Positions 9,950-21,975 of a stretch of DNA of 64,000 bases are shown piece after piece (the stretch's first letter is position 1; each line of letters starts with the position of its first letter). The DNA comes from an uncultured Bacillota bacterium (GTDB lineage: Bacteria; Bacillota; DTU025; MWDF01), in NCBI GenBank assembly GCA_963823655.1, contig CAWGMK010000002.1, forward strand, positions 50,688 to 114,687. Reading direction: 5' to 3'. The notes below the pieces were generated by a model. It was not told the origin of the DNA and ran no database searches. It saw only the letters and a list, made by a program, of their open reading frames with translations. The position numbers and the translations under genes were made by a program.

Positions 9950-11212
9950 TCAGCCCTTCAGCTCGATCTTCAGGAAATTCTTCTTTCCCCTCTTGGCTAT
10001 CACATAACCCTTTTCGAAGTGAGAAAGGCTCAGCGTGTGGTCAATATCGGAGATCTTCTCGCCGTCTATCATGAGGGCATTCTGGTCTATCATCCGCTTT
10101 ACCTCGGACTTCGAGGGAAGGAACCCCACTTCTACAAGCAGGTCTACTACCTTCACGCCGCCGTCGACCAGATTCCTGCCCACCTGGACGCTTGGAAGGT
10201 TGTCCACGTTCTCATTGGTGCCGAAGAGGGTGGAGACCGCATCTACTACCTTGTCCGCCTCCTCCTGGCCGTGTACGAGCTTTGTGATCTCGTAGGCCAT
10301 GAGCCTCTTCGCGGCTAGGATGTCCTTCTCGCACACCGACTTTATATAGTCCAGATCGAGCCTTGTGAACAGCCTGAGAAGGAGCTCTACGCTTGAATCC
10401 TCGACATTGTAGAAGTACTGGTGGAAATCGAAGGGGGTGGTCTTCTCCCTGGCGACCCACAAGGTGCCGCTTTCGGTCTTGCCCATCTTCTTGCCTTCCT
10501 TTGTCATAAGCAATGGACAGGTCAGGCCGAAGAGGTCCTTTTCGTAGTCTCCCGCGTCCTCCTCGATGTTGTTCAGCTTCCTGTTGAGCATGGAGCCGGC
10601 CACGATGTTGCCCCACTGGTCGCTGCCGCCGATTTGCATGGTGCAGCCGTAATCCCTGTTGAGGCGCACGAAATCGTATGCTTGCATCGGCATGTAGGCC
10701 ATTTCAAGGAAGGTCAGCCCGCCCTCCTTGATCCTTGTGGCATAGGTCTCCGCCGAGAGCATCCTGTTGATGTTGAAATGTATGCCTATGTCGCGCATGA
10801 AATCTATATAGCTGTAAGCGCAGATCCAATCCGCGTTGTTGGTAATGATGGCGGCGTTGTCGCCTGTCGTTATGATGAACTTCTTGGCAAGCTCTTTTAC
10901 CTCTTCCAGGTTGGCCGCTACCTTCTCCTTTGGAAGCATCTTGCGCATATCGCTCTTGCCGCTGGGATCTCCCACCAGGGCAGTGGCACCGCCCACGAGC
11001 AGTATGCCCTTGTGGCCGGCGTCTTGTAGATGGCGGAACATCATAAGCGCGAAGAAGTGGCCGATATGAAGGCTGTCGGCTGTGGGGTCTATGCCTAGAT
11101 AGAATACGGTCGGTTCGCCATCTATCAGCTTCTTGATCCTCTCCGGGTCGGTAGCCTGGTAGATGAAGCCGCGCTCCTTCAGGGCCTCGTATGTGCTGTG
11201 ATTGCTGCTCAT
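9950..11212 (-). CDS. tyrS: Tyrosine--tRNA ligase
   Basis: GIDPTADSLHIGH, QIGGSDQWGNI, KMGKT, C-terminal S4 domain. Confidence 0.97.
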   Translation of the reverse strand: MSSNHSTYEALKERGFIYQATDPERIKKLIDGEPTVFYLGIDPTADSLHIGHFFALMMFRHLQDAGHKGILLVGGATALVGDPSGKSDMRKMLPKEKVAANLEEVKELAKKFIITTGDNAAIITNNADWICAYSYIDFMRDIGIHFNINRMLSAETYATRIKEGGLTFLEMAYMPMQAYDFVRLNRDYGCTMQIGGSDQWGNIVAGSMLNRKLNNIEEDAGDYEKDLFGLTCPLLMTKEGKKMGKTESGTLWVAREKTTPFDFHQYFYNVEDSSVELLLRLFTRLDLDYIKSVCEKDILAAKRLMAYEITKLVHGQEEADKVVDAVSTLFGTNENVDNLPSVQVGRNLVDGGVKVVDLLVEVGFLPSKSEVKRMIDQNALMIDGEKISDIDHTLSLSHFEKGYVIAKRGKKNFLKIELKG

Positions 11213-11686
11213 TTTTCTCTCCGTTCCTCGCGGGCCAAGCGGTTTTTCTAAAGTATGCGACCGGCAAATTGAATAAATGGCTGCCTGCTCCCGCGCATCG
11301 GTCTTGCCGCTAATCTCTATTCTAGCAATCCGTTAAGTCGATTGTAATTAGAACGGGAGAAAGAATAAAGGAATATCCTAAGAACTGCTCATGAATCTGC
11401 GGACGAACAGGTGCGGCAACACGGACCAAATATCGGTCCACGACTTGAGGGAGCCTATATTCGAGCTTGTGCGCGCAGACCGACAAAGGAACTTGAAATG
11501 GCCTTTGGAAGGCATTTCTTGTTGCAGATTATGATTATTTCTGAAAAGTGCCATCAAACGTCTATAAAACATTAAAATAATTATTATATAATATATGCAA
11601 ATAAATGTGCGAAATAAGTAGTACAATAGGATTATCAGTTATGGAGCTAATCAGACTGAGAATAATATGTAGGAAGAGGAAAACAC

Positions 11687-12055
11687 ATGAGTTCAGAATT
11701 TGGAAACGGTATGAAGAATTTCGCGGTTGGTGCTGGAATTGGCCTGGGCTTAGGCGTAATTGCAGGCATACTGCTCGCGCCCAAGTCGGGGAAAGAAACG
11801 CTAAACGACTTCTCTAACGGGGCAAGGCGGATAGCCGAGACGGCCAAGAAAGATATGAACAACGTCGAGAAACAGATAATGGACAAGGTGGATAGCATCA
11901 GCGGGGCGATCTCGAAGATGGAGAGGAACACTAAGGACGGAATGGCAAGAGGAATTAGGAAAGCCTCGGATGTTGCGGAAGAGACTGTAGACGCTGCAAA
12001 GGCAGGCATTGACAACCTGGTCAAAGGCGTAGAGAAGCTGCAGGCTAACAACTAA
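11687..12055 (+). CDS. YtxH-domain protein
   Basis: FAVGAGIG...GILLAPKSGKET followed by an amphipathic helical region. Confidence 0.85.
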   Translation: MSSEFGNGMKNFAVGAGIGLGLGVIAGILLAPKSGKETLNDFSNGARRIAETAKKDMNNVEKQIMDKVDSISGAISKMERNTKDGMARGIRKASDVAEETVDAAKAGIDNLVKGVEKLQANN

Positions 12056-12097
12056 TAGGTGCCCGTGGCCTTCGCCCGGACTCTTGGAGGAATTTCA

Positions 12098-12496
12098 ATG
12101 TTCATAAGCTTTCTCGACGTATTAAGTATCCTGGCAATATGCATAGGAGCGGTTGCTGTAATCTACATCGTCATCGCCTTGAATCACTTCATAGGGTTTT
12201 TCAAGAGGCTTAATGGGATTCTAGATGCGAACAGAGTCAGCATAGACTCTGCAATCATTGCGCTGCCTGCAACAATAGAAAATCTTAACGGGGCAGTGAA
12301 AAGCATCAATGAATTCACAAAAAAAGCAGGCGTGGTTGCTAATTCCGTCGATAATGTTGTATCCAACGCTATATCGGTAGTCAGCAATACGACTGCCGGC
12401 ATCCTGAGCATCGGAAGAACGGCAACCGAGGCGGCAAAGTACTCTATGAGGCTATTCAATAGAAAGCCCGGAAACGACGAACAGGGCAACAGATAA
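12098..12496 (+). CDS. Membrane-anchored coiled-coil protein (YtxG/DUF948-like)
   Basis: GGAGG RBS, N-terminal TM helix then heptad-like region; adjacent to YtxH. Confidence 0.6.
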   Translation: MFISFLDVLSILAICIGAVAVIYIVIALNHFIGFFKRLNGILDANRVSIDSAIIALPATIENLNGAVKSINEFTKKAGVVANSVDNVVSNAISVVSNTTAGILSIGRTATEAAKYSMRLFNRKPGNDEQGNR

Positions 12497-12838
12497 GAGC
12501 TAGGCTATGGCGTCGTTCATGAGCGCCTATGTTGGACATTTGCATGGGAAACTGGCGACGCCAATATATTGGGTCTGGCCATCGATAATTCATTAATGAT
12601 TTGCCGAATGAGGCTATTTGGCAGGAGTGATATGAGCTGCGAAGGAGAAAGGTGAATATAAATCAGGTTTAAATACGAGCCGATCTCAATTTTTCATCGA
12701 AGTCTGATAGATTTTCGCTCCAGTTGCAGATGCAATAAATAGTGCAAATAAAATTGCATTAGATTATTGTGGCAATTATTTATAGTATTATGTATTATGA
12801 AATAAGAATGTATATTCACTGACTATGAGGTGCACGAA

Positions 12839-13103
12839 ATGATAATTCGCCTTGAAATCCATTGTGTCGAATTCCGAGATAATCAAGAACTACCGAACTT
12901 GCAGAGACAAGGCCCAAAGCTTGGGAAAGGTTTTCATATTCAAAAACAACAAGGCAGACGCCGTGTTGTTCTCAATAGCCGAATATGAGAAGCTGTCGGA
13001 AATAATAGAATATATCGATGGACTGGAAAATCCGGTCTCCATTGATGATCTAAAGATACGGATAAATGAAAGCATCGAAAAGGCGAATCCAGAAAAGAGC
13101 TGA
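12839..13103 (+). CDS. Phd/YefM-like antitoxin-fold protein, copy A (possible +1 frameshift near the start; alternative TTG start 12852)
   Basis: IVSNSEIIKNY...GKVFIFKNNKADAVLFSIAEYEKL; GAGGTG RBS before ATG 12839. Confidence 0.75.
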
Positions 13104-14057
13104 GTTGCTCCTCTTTCAGATTAGTCCTACCGAGCATTGTGTAGGCACAAGTAAGCTCGTCAAGCTTTCTTCTTTAGCCAACAAAACCAATATCACAACC
13201 AGATAGCCAGAAGAGGAACACGGAACAGATGAACTGTAGCCCACCATCCTATCAGCTGAATTCTCAAAATTAGGCGCAAGCTTAGCTTAACCTTCTGCAA
13301 CCTACCCAAGAAACTCAAAGAGCAACATGACACCAAGGAGCGCCGTCGCCCCTATTTTGCTTTGCCCTCAATGCGCTGGCTGATTGCGGTACAAGAAAGT
13401 TATTCGCCGTCCCGGTCTTCGCGCCGTTTCGGTTTACTTCCCGCTATTGTAGCTATACTGCCCACAGGACGCTGCCTTGCATGGTAGCTTGGCATTTCGC
13501 ATTATTCGATATCTGCACGCAGTCAAAATAAGATGTCGAGCCCAGGGAACAATCATTAGGCTTAACAAGTTGGATATTTCGCCAACTTCTCTTGCTGCTG
13601 CCTTACATTCATCCACAGCTGTTAATATGCACCGATATTGATGACTATCATTTATATGTACATATTTTGTAATATATATTGCCATATCTAGTAGGAAATT
13701 CGCATATGCGTAATACCTGTTGTTTATTAAATGATATGGTTCGGATAGCTACTAGGATCAGTTCGATGATTTATCTTAAGCGGGCGAAAGAATAATCAAT
13801 GCAGCATAATGCCCATTATAGTTAATAGCGCCTGCTATATACCGAGGGGCAACATAACAAAATAATGGCAGAATGAAGTGCTGCAGAGACTTAAAAAGCC
13901 ATTACGCTCAACAGGAGAAAACAGGGATACTGGAAATAGAAATGCGGGAATTTATATTATTGAATTAATAAAAATATAAAATATAAGTAGTAAAAATATT
14001 ATAATAGGAGTACGATAAAATTGTAGTAAAGGAGTACTACAGAAAGTTTGAGGAAAA

Positions 14058-14297
14058 GTGAAAATTGAACTGCGTTCTATAGTAACAGTCTCTGACATGA
14101 GGAAGAATTACAAAGCATGCAGAGAAAAGGCACAGATGATGGGCAAGGTATATATCTTCAAGAACAACAGGGCGGATGCAGTATTATCCTCGATTGACGA
14201 TTACAGGAAGTTGGAGATAGTCCTCGATCACATTGAAGGCAAAAATGAGGAGCCATATCTGGTTGATGAGGAAATGAAGGCTGTTGAGTATAAATAG
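14058..14297 (+). CDS. Phd/YefM-like antitoxin-fold protein, copy B
   Basis: IVTVSDMRKNY...GKVYIFKNNRADAVLSSIDDYRKL; paralog of copies A and C. Confidence 0.75.
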   Translation: MKIELRSIVTVSDMRKNYKACREKAQMMGKVYIFKNNRADAVLSSIDDYRKLEIVLDHIEGKNEEPYLVDEEMKAVEYK

Positions 14298-14501
14298 AAG
14301 GACAAAGCTGTAACGGCTGCAATCCGAACTAAATTGGAAGACACCTGGGCCTGGACAGAAGATCCCAATCACCAATAGGGGAAGACAGGCATAGCAAGGA
14401 GTCAAGGAAAAGCTCTTCAATGAGCTTGCGGCTTATAGGAGAGGCGATGCGATCAAGCGGCCTGAGATCCTTTTCTGCGAGTAAAGATTGGAGGTGCATT
14501 G

Positions 14502-14636
14502 ATGCATAAGAAATCGCTACTGAGTTTCCTGATCGTAATGATAATGATTGCGGTGCTCACCGCAGGGTGTACAAATCCTTTCGCCAGGGAGAAATCGATA
14601 GAGTTTAAGATTACGGTCCCTGACTTATCGAAGTAA
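14502..14636 (+). pseudogene. Truncated lipoprotein (44 aa), absent from the ORF track
   Basis: GGAGGTG RBS; MHKKSLLSFLIVMIMIAVLTAG-C lipobox, stop 21 residues after the Cys. Confidence 0.5.
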
Positions 14637-14934
14637 CGGAGCAAGGCAGAAGAATCAAAGATACTTCCACGCAATGAAGAAACCTACAGTACAGCCCCAT
14701 CGCAATCTGGGATCCCAAAATCCCAGCCCTCCGGTTAGCCACCTGCAAAAAATTTCGACACTGCTCTCACAGACCAGAAGCAACAGGTAAAGAAGAGTGA
14801 TGTTCTGGACATCAGAAAGAGCGTGACAGTTGCGCTCGGTCTATATACTTCTCGGAGAAATATTTCTGTAATAGAATAATTTATATATAGAATCAAAAAC
14901 CGTGATGACTTGGATTTCTAAGGGGGCCTCTTCA

Positions 14935-16392
14935 ATGGCAATATCAGGTAACTTCGCAAGACTAATGCAGATAAAGAAAAACGCCCTGTTAAGCCTGGCG
15001 TTCATAGTGCTCCTTTCTCCGCTGGCTTTGGCCCAGGTGCCCTGGCAGACGACTTCAGCGCCTGCCGTAATGAAGGTCGCCGAGGACAGCAGCGAATGGA
15101 CGACCGTTCAGGAAGCAAGGCAATACAAGCTGACGGACGATACCGAGGTAACGGAATCGCGCAAGACGACTACCAAAGTGGTCGACCACAAGGTTATGTT
15201 CGCGGAAGTTGAGACACGCAAGCACGAAAAGGGGCCTTCCTTCTCTTCAGATACCAGGACAAATGAGAAGTTCTACCCTAATAGCAAGGTTGTGCTCCTA
15301 ATAGAGAAAACCACCATCGAGAAAATGTCCGCAGGAGTCAAGAAGAGCTTCGAGCACAGCGAGAACGGCAGCCTGCTGGCAACAAGCGCCACTTACTACT
15401 ACTTCTCGCCGAAGATCGACGGTGTCATCACTGAAGACACAAGCATTTCCTACGAGAGCGGAAACCCGGCTCTTCTGACTGTCTATAAGTACTTCATGAA
15501 TGGCACGGCCTTAATTGAAAAGCACAAGTGGGACGCAAGTACCAATGCTTGGGGGATGGGCTTCGCAATTGAGACTATCGTACCCAAGGCAGCAGGCACA
15601 ATAGTTCCCAAGGAAAGCTCAAACGGTTACGCCGTGGGCGGCTCTGTCAGCGTAGACGGGATTTTACCGACGGCTGTGAGGACAATCGTTGCGGAATCGA
15701 ACAAAGGCGTAAAAGTAGAGGCTGAAACAGACGGGCTCGGGCGCTGGCTAATAAAAGAAGGATCGCTCGGCCTCGGCACTTGGCAGGTAAGCGCAATCAT
15801 GCCGGACGGAAGCAAGGGGGAGCCTTCATTGCTCCATGTGCTGACCGATGAGAAAGCCTTCCTGGCGCCGATCATACAGAAGCTTCCTGAGCTCAGGTTC
15901 GCAGGCAATGACATTTCCGTAGAAGGAAGCGGATTGGTTACAAAAGGCGGGCAGATCACGCCTACCGTCTGGTTCAGCAACGACCTGGACAGCGTATCCA
16001 TCTATCCCAAAGCATTCTCCGACAAGGAGTTCATCTGTGCCACGCCCAGCCATATATTGATGGGCAATACCATGGTTATGGTCAACAACGGCACAGAGCT
16101 CTCCAACGCGCTCAAGACAGACCTGTTCGGTTTCGAAATCATATTCCCCATAGTCACACAAGTAGGACAGGAGTTCACCGCAATGGTGAAGCTCACAGGC
16201 CTTACCGGCGAATTCATGGATCATGAGTTCACCGCTGTAATAAGCATAACCGGGCCGATCAAATTCGCAGATTTCGCCGGCAATTCAATGGTCGTGTCAT
16301 TGAAAGACGGCGTGGCCCTGGTGAAAATCGCGATAACCGGGCTCGGGGAAACGGGGATCTTCGGCAGATTGCAGACCATGCCCGTTTACTAA
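14935..16392 (+). CDS. Secreted hypothetical multi-domain beta-rich protein (possible IPT/TIG-like segment)
   Basis: Long ORF; signal peptide ...LLSPLALA-Q; GNDISVEGSGL...FICATP...VMVNNG..SN resembles IPT/TIG; start uncertain. Confidence 0.6.
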   Translation: MAISGNFARLMQIKKNALLSLAFIVLLSPLALAQVPWQTTSAPAVMKVAEDSSEWTTVQEARQYKLTDDTEVTESRKTTTKVVDHKVMFAEVETRKHEKGPSFSSDTRTNEKFYPNSKVVLLIEKTTIEKMSAGVKKSFEHSENGSLLATSATYYYFSPKIDGVITEDTSISYESGNPALLTVYKYFMNGTALIEKHKWDASTNAWGMGFAIETIVPKAAGTIVPKESSNGYAVGGSVSVDGILPTAVRTIVAESNKGVKVEAETDGLGRWLIKEGSLGLGTWQVSAIMPDGSKGEPSLLHVLTDEKAFLAPIIQKLPELRFAGNDISVEGSGLVTKGGQITPTVWFSNDLDSVSIYPKAFSDKEFICATPSHILMGNTMVMVNNGTELSNALKTDLFGFEIIFPIVTQVGQEFTAMVKLTGLTGEFMDHEFTAVISITGPIKFADFAGNSMVVSLKDGVALVKIAITGLGETGIFGRLQTMPVY

Positions 16393-16549
16393 AAGCTCAA
16401 GCGTAAACAACGCGCACGGCGTTTCCTGCAACATGCTTCCGATAAGTAATTCCCGCACAAGCGAGCCTGTTGCAAAAGGAAATGATCGGACTCAATACCG
16501 CCTAGAAGCGAAAGAACAAGTCGCAAATTGAAAATTGGGAGGAAAAAAA

Positions 16550-17011
16550 GTGAAAAGGACAACCATAATCGCAGGTCTCGTAATTCTGATAGCACTTATG
16601 TCGGCAACCGTGTCGATGGCAGCCACACCATTCCAGACAACGCTGAGTTTGAACAGCGGTTACTCATATACACTCGGTGAGCTGGAGCTCGAATTCAAGT
16701 CAAACAGTTGGGCCAGCGGTGTTGCGGTCGGTTACGGATGGACCAACCTGGAAATCAGCGCATTCGGCAGATACTATATTCCGCTAAACCCCGTCTCTTC
16801 GGATGTTAACTGGAACCTCTTCCTGACGGCCACACCTTCGCTGTTGATCAGGCCTGCACAGTCGCCGGGCATCGGCTTCGGCATAAAAGTAGGGCCTGGC
16901 ATCGATCTAAGGTGGCGCCACCTGAGACTCGCCGTCGAAGGCGGTTACCGCTGGAGCACGATATACGGTCACGGCGGCTATGCCAAGGCTGGCATCGGTT
17001 ACATATTCTAG
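16550..17011 (+). CDS. Small outer-membrane beta-barrel-like protein
   Basis: Signal peptide, alternating Gly/aromatic strands, C-terminal AGIGYIF. Confidence 0.6.
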   Translation: MKRTTIIAGLVILIALMSATVSMAATPFQTTLSLNSGYSYTLGELELEFKSNSWASGVAVGYGWTNLEISAFGRYYIPLNPVSSDVNWNLFLTATPSLLIRPAQSPGIGFGIKVGPGIDLRWRHLRLAVEGGYRWSTIYGHGGYAKAGIGYIF

Positions 17012-17148
17012 AGCACGGCAGTACAAGTTCTAGCGCCCCTTCCGCGGCCCTTCAGGTAAATGGATCAATCAACATCTGAAGGGCCGGGGAAAGCGGCCAA
17101 AAGCAATCACAGTATGGCCGATGCCATAAAGGAAAGGAAAGCAACCAC

Positions 17149-18368
17149 ATGAGAATTCCTAGAATTACCATAATGCTGGCGTTGATAGCTGCGATATTCA
17201 TTACCTCCGCCTTCACGGGCATGGCTTCTGCGCCCAGCGTAAACAGCATAATAATCAACCCCAGCCAGCCATATCAGACATCGATCTGGACAGATAAGGA
17301 AAACTACAAGATCGGTGATAAGGTCGGCATTGGCTTCAGAGTGACCAAAGCCTCATATGTATACGTATTCTCGATCGACGCAAATGGAACGGTAAGGATG
17401 ATATTCCCCAACATCTACTCCAATGACAACAAGATGAAGGCGGACCAGACTTACGCCCTGCCTGACAACAACAAGTACAACCTTTCGATAGGCGGGCCCA
17501 ACGGGACCGACCAGCTGGTACTGATATCGACTCCGAGCAAGATCAAGGACACGGACTGGCTCGTAAAGTCGCTAGACAGCAGCAACTTCGCACCCCAGAT
17601 CAATATAAACATTACGGCCGACGGCTTCATGATACAGCTGAAATCCGTAGCGATAAACCCTGCTTTCAAGAACAACTGGTCGAGCGCATATACCTCATAC
17701 ACAGTCGGCGGAGTAAGCACAATAGTCACTCCTCCCCCTGTGGTAATCCCCCCGATTTCACCGCCCTGGCAGAGCATGGGCAGGGTGAATTTCACCTCCA
17801 ATCCCAGCGGGGCCAGGGTCTTCGTCAATGGCGTCGACCGCGGCGTAACCCCGATAAGCATCTCCAACCTCAACTACGGCGAGTATGAAGTCAACATAGT
17901 CCTGTCCGACTACTACTCGTATACGACAAGGGTGACGATCAACAGCTCCAATACCCAGAGCGTGGATGCATTGCTGACCAGGATTTCGGGCTCCTCGCGG
18001 GGCAACTTGATAAGCCTTCTGGTCAACAAGCAGATAATACTCGGCTTCCCGGGCAACGGCCTGCAAACCGAGACGTTCTCTCTGGGATCAAAAGCCGGTT
18101 CGGTGACACTCAGGGCCAGTGCTGTATTCGGAATGATAACCAAGATAAGCGTAAGCGGCAGCGCCGGCAATGGTACTTACCAGTTCGGAAGCATAGCCAA
18201 TGAGGGTGAGATGTCGTCTACAACGGCAAAGTGCTGGAGTTCGACATGCTTCCTTTCAAGGTAAGGGTTACTGTGCTCGACTATACGACCATAAGAGGCT
18301 CCCTGAGCGGAACGATCTACCTGGATACAGTCAGGCTGCTTCTGGAAGTGCATTACGTAGGTCAGTAG
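17149..18368 (+). CDS. DUF4384 + PEGA domain secreted protein, frameshift ~18208
   Basis: WTDKENYKIGD...YVYVFSIDANG.VRMIFPN; PEGA TSNPSGARVFVNG..G.TP; the shifted frame gives ...FKVRVTVLDY...LDTVRLLLEV, matching the paralog at 62764. Confidence 0.8.
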
Positions 18369-18545
18369 ATTTTCAGCGCTGATTCCTGCCTATAAGTCTT
18401 TCGGGCAGGGGCCCGCAAAGCATTTAGCAGCCTTACAGGCAGGATCGGCTTAAAGAGATTATCGCGGCAGATAATGCCGATGATCCGAAAAGATCGGATT
18501 TTCGGAAACAATGCAGGGTCAAATGGCCCTGAGAAGGAGCAAAGA

Positions 18546-19415
18546 ATGAAAAATCTGAGAATTTTCATAGCGCTGTCACTGCTACTGCTGGTATTTGGAA
18601 TGACCACCGGAGTAGGCGCGGCAACGGTTCCCAGCGTAAACAGCATCATCATCAACCCCAACCAGCCCTATCTGACCTCCATATGGACAGATAAGAGCGA
18701 CTACTTCATAGGAGAATCGATAGGCATCGGCTTCAAGGTCAACAAGGACTCCTATGCGTACATATTCTCGATCGACGCTGACGGCGTAGTAAGGATGCTT
18801 TTCCCTAATATCTACTCGAGCCAGAACTGGGTAAAGGCGAATGTATCCTACAGGCTGCCGGACAACAGCAGATACAGCCTTACCATTGGCGGACCCAAGG
18901 GCACCGACCAGCTCGTCCTGATTTCGACTCCCGAGAAGATACAGGATACGGATTGGTTGGCAAGGTCGCTCACCAATAACAACTTCGCGCCCCAGATCAA
19001 CATAAACTTCGCAGCCGACGGCTTCATGGCGCAGATCAAGTCCGTCGTAATCACGCCTACATTCCAGAGCAACTGGTCGAGCGCGTACACGAAGTACACC
19101 ATTGGCGGGGTTAATTCTCTGATAGAGCCGCCTTCGGTAAGCTCGATAATCATCGTGGCGCCTCCGGTCGTAGTGCCGCCAGTAACCAATAACGGCAGCA
19201 TATACATTACATCAAGCCCGTCAGGAGCCAAAGTGTTCCTTAACGGTTACGACATGGGCACGACTCCTTTGAGGGTCACAGACCTGAATTTCGGCCAGTA
19301 CGAGGTCACGATCATAATGTCCAGTTACTACTCGTTCACAAGCAGGGTCAATGTTAACAGCTCCAACTTGCAGTATGTGTACGGGTCGCTTTCAAGGATA
19401 TCCGGCACATATTAA
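18546..19415 (+). CDS. DUF4384 + PEGA domain secreted protein (short form)
   Basis: Paralog of the 17149 gene; ends after the PEGA domain. Confidence 0.8.
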   Translation: MKNLRIFIALSLLLLVFGMTTGVGAATVPSVNSIIINPNQPYLTSIWTDKSDYFIGESIGIGFKVNKDSYAYIFSIDADGVVRMLFPNIYSSQNWVKANVSYRLPDNSRYSLTIGGPKGTDQLVLISTPEKIQDTDWLARSLTNNNFAPQININFAADGFMAQIKSVVITPTFQSNWSSAYTKYTIGGVNSLIEPPSVSSIIIVAPPVVVPPVTNNGSIYITSSPSGAKVFLNGYDMGTTPLRVTDLNFGQYEVTIIMSSYYSFTSRVNVNSSNLQYVYGSLSRISGTY

Positions 19416-19672
19416 CCGGATAACCAATTGCGGATCTAGCCGGCGAGCAAACGGCCAGCACTTAGAAGAGGGTGTTTGTCCGGGCGTAATACCGGCAAAA
19501 TCCGCGCAAGGAGGCTCGCAAAAAAGCAATGGCCCTTGCAGGCCTCCTTATTAAAGCAAAGCGCATTGAGAATGGTCTTTTGCATGTATCTCAAGATGGG
19601 ACATCCAGTGACGAGAAACGGCATTTCCTAAGGACGTCATGAGGTGTTTCGAATACTCATAGGAGGATAGAA

Positions 19673-21563
19673 ATGAAAAGGATCTTCGTATTCGCCTTGA
19701 TGGCAATCTGCATTGTCAGCCTGGCAGGATGCTTCGAAAGGCCCCCGACGGCACTTACCATATCGGGCGTGGTGACAGAAGCAGCTTCGAGTGCAGTCAT
19801 TGCAGGTGTGACAGTCAATATATATGTAAATAGCGTCAAAGTGGACGAGACAGAAACGGGCCTGTCCGGGGTGTACAGCGTGGTACTAGCGGGCCTCGCC
19901 ACTGGGGCAGAGATCAGGCTCGATTTCATCAAGGCAGGCTATGTATCTGGCTCCGAGCAGTTCTCTAAGACATCCGCGACAAGCGTAGTGCTGGACGTCG
20001 AACTGGTGAAAGCCAGCTCAGACACATCAACCATGGGGGGCTACGCATCATTAATGAACCTGATTCCGCCGCCAGCCTCAGTAAGCAGCAAGAGCGCAAA
20101 GGTATACCCTTTGACGAAGATATCTGTTCCTGCTGCAACCGAGGTCCTGATTAAGCCGATGGTCGGCATCAATGTCAGCGAAATCAACGATGCCCTTGCC
20201 AAAAAGGGCACAAGCATAAAACAACAGCGTATTTGAAGCCGGCTACCTGGTAGCGGCTGTGCCAGCCGGCAAGACCGCCGAGCAGTTTTCAGCAGAGCTT
20301 GAAGCAGAAGGCTGGATAGATTACGTCGAGCCGAACAGCTATGCTCGCGTAAGCAACTATCTATCCATTCCGAACGATCCCAGCTTCTCAACAAAACAAT
20401 GGAATATGTACGCCACAAGCATGCCGCTAGTCTGGGATATGGATGACTTCAGTAGCCCGGTCACTATCGCAGTTATAGACACGGGCGTATGGGGAGATCA
20501 TCCCGACTTGTCGGGCAGGGTCTCAGGATATATAGATACGGTAACGGATCCCTTGGCTCCGGACAATGTGGACGAGATGGGTCACGGCACCCACGTGGCA
20601 GGCGTAATCGCGGCCATAGTGAACAACGGCCAGTACATTGCCGGCATGAACCATACAGGGGCCAGCATACTTGCAGTTAAGTCGATGGGTGCAAACGGTC
20701 TTGGCACTGCCGACTGGATCGCCCAGGGAATCAGGGCAGCTGCCGATGGCGGGGCCGACATAATCATAATGAGCCTCGGATGGTCTGACGGAATACCAGT
20801 GCAGACGGTCCAGGACGCAATCAGTTATGCCAGTACAAGAGTAGGGGCGATAATTGCCGCGGCAGGCAATGAGGGCGAAGGCCAGATAGACTTCCCCGCA
20901 AATCAGTCCGGCGTAATCTGCGTCGGCTCGATAGACAGCACCCTTGAAAAGTCAGACTTCTCCAATTACGGCTCCGAGATGGATTTCGCAGCTCCCGGAG
21001 GATCCGTATCCCCTGTTGAGCACATTTTCAGCACACATATAAGCTCCGTCGGCGGATATGTTGCAGGCCTGATAGGCACTTCCCAGTCCGCGCCTCATGT
21101 AGCCGCACTTATGGGAATGATGATGCAAAGCGGCCTGAGCGCTTCAACCGCCCTGGACAGGATTGGAGAAACAGCACAGTTCGATGACAGGAACAGCCTG
21201 TATTACGGAAACGGAATAATCAACGCTTACGCTGCGATGATGGACCTGACCATGGATAAAACGCTGTTCTGGCTGGCAGATCCTTCAACGGGCAACGCCG
21301 TGACGAGCGGATTCTACGGCGATATCGACCGCAGCTTCGAAGTAACTTGTGAACCCGGCAATTATTGGCTGGTAGGCTGGCTTGACGTGGATCAGAACGA
21401 GGCCTTGAACCAGGGAGATTACTCTGGCCTGGTTCCTGTAAGCGTCGGTGCGGGCAGCAATTTCCTGCCGGCCGTGCTTGAGATCAAGTGGATGCCAACT
21501 AATGCAATTGCCTCGACAACGTTGGGCAAAACAGTGCTCAGCGTGCCTTCGCAAGTTCACTGA
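19673..21563 (+). CDS. Lipoprotein subtilisin-like S8 serine peptidase, frameshift ~20230
   Basis: LAG-C lipobox, carboxypeptidase-regulatory-like N-terminal domain; triad VIDTG / HGTHVAG / GTSQSAPHV; oxyanion AAAGN. Confidence 0.85.
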
Positions 21564-21578
21564 TGGGAGTGGTAAGCA

Positions 21579-21728
21579 ATGCTATGGACTATCGCAGTAA
21601 TTCTAATCGCTCTATGGCTTCTCGGAGTAGTCACTTCGTACACGATGGGGGGATTCATCCATATCCTCCTTGTGGTCGCGGTAATCGTCGTGCTTGTAAG
21701 GCTAATCCGGGGCAATAAGATATTGTAG
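21579..21728 (+). CDS. lmo0937-family small membrane protein, absent from the ORF track
   Basis: MLWTIAVILIALWLLGVVTSYTMGGFIHILLVVAVIVVLVRLIRG. Confidence 0.85.
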   Translation: MLWTIAVILIALWLLGVVTSYTMGGFIHILLVVAVIVVLVRLIRGNKIL

Positions 21729-21975
21729 GCGGCCATAGGGGCAGATGATCCGGTGGGATGAAACAAAGTGACTTAGGCCGGTTCTTTGAAAAACGAATAA
21801 GGAAGAGATAAAAGATTGCTGATACAGCAATCGATGACTATCCAAAACTACACCATAGAAATGATTACCCGTATTATGCCTGATTGAACAGGATATGAGG
21901 AATTGCGAGGCCCGGTACCTTAAGCCCGGAACAGACCAGCACAGCGCGGTCGGTGATCAAATGATCAGACCGAAA

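Noticed and set aside
11213-11400. Expected T-box upstream of tyrS
   Set aside because: No T-box consensus visible on the minus strand
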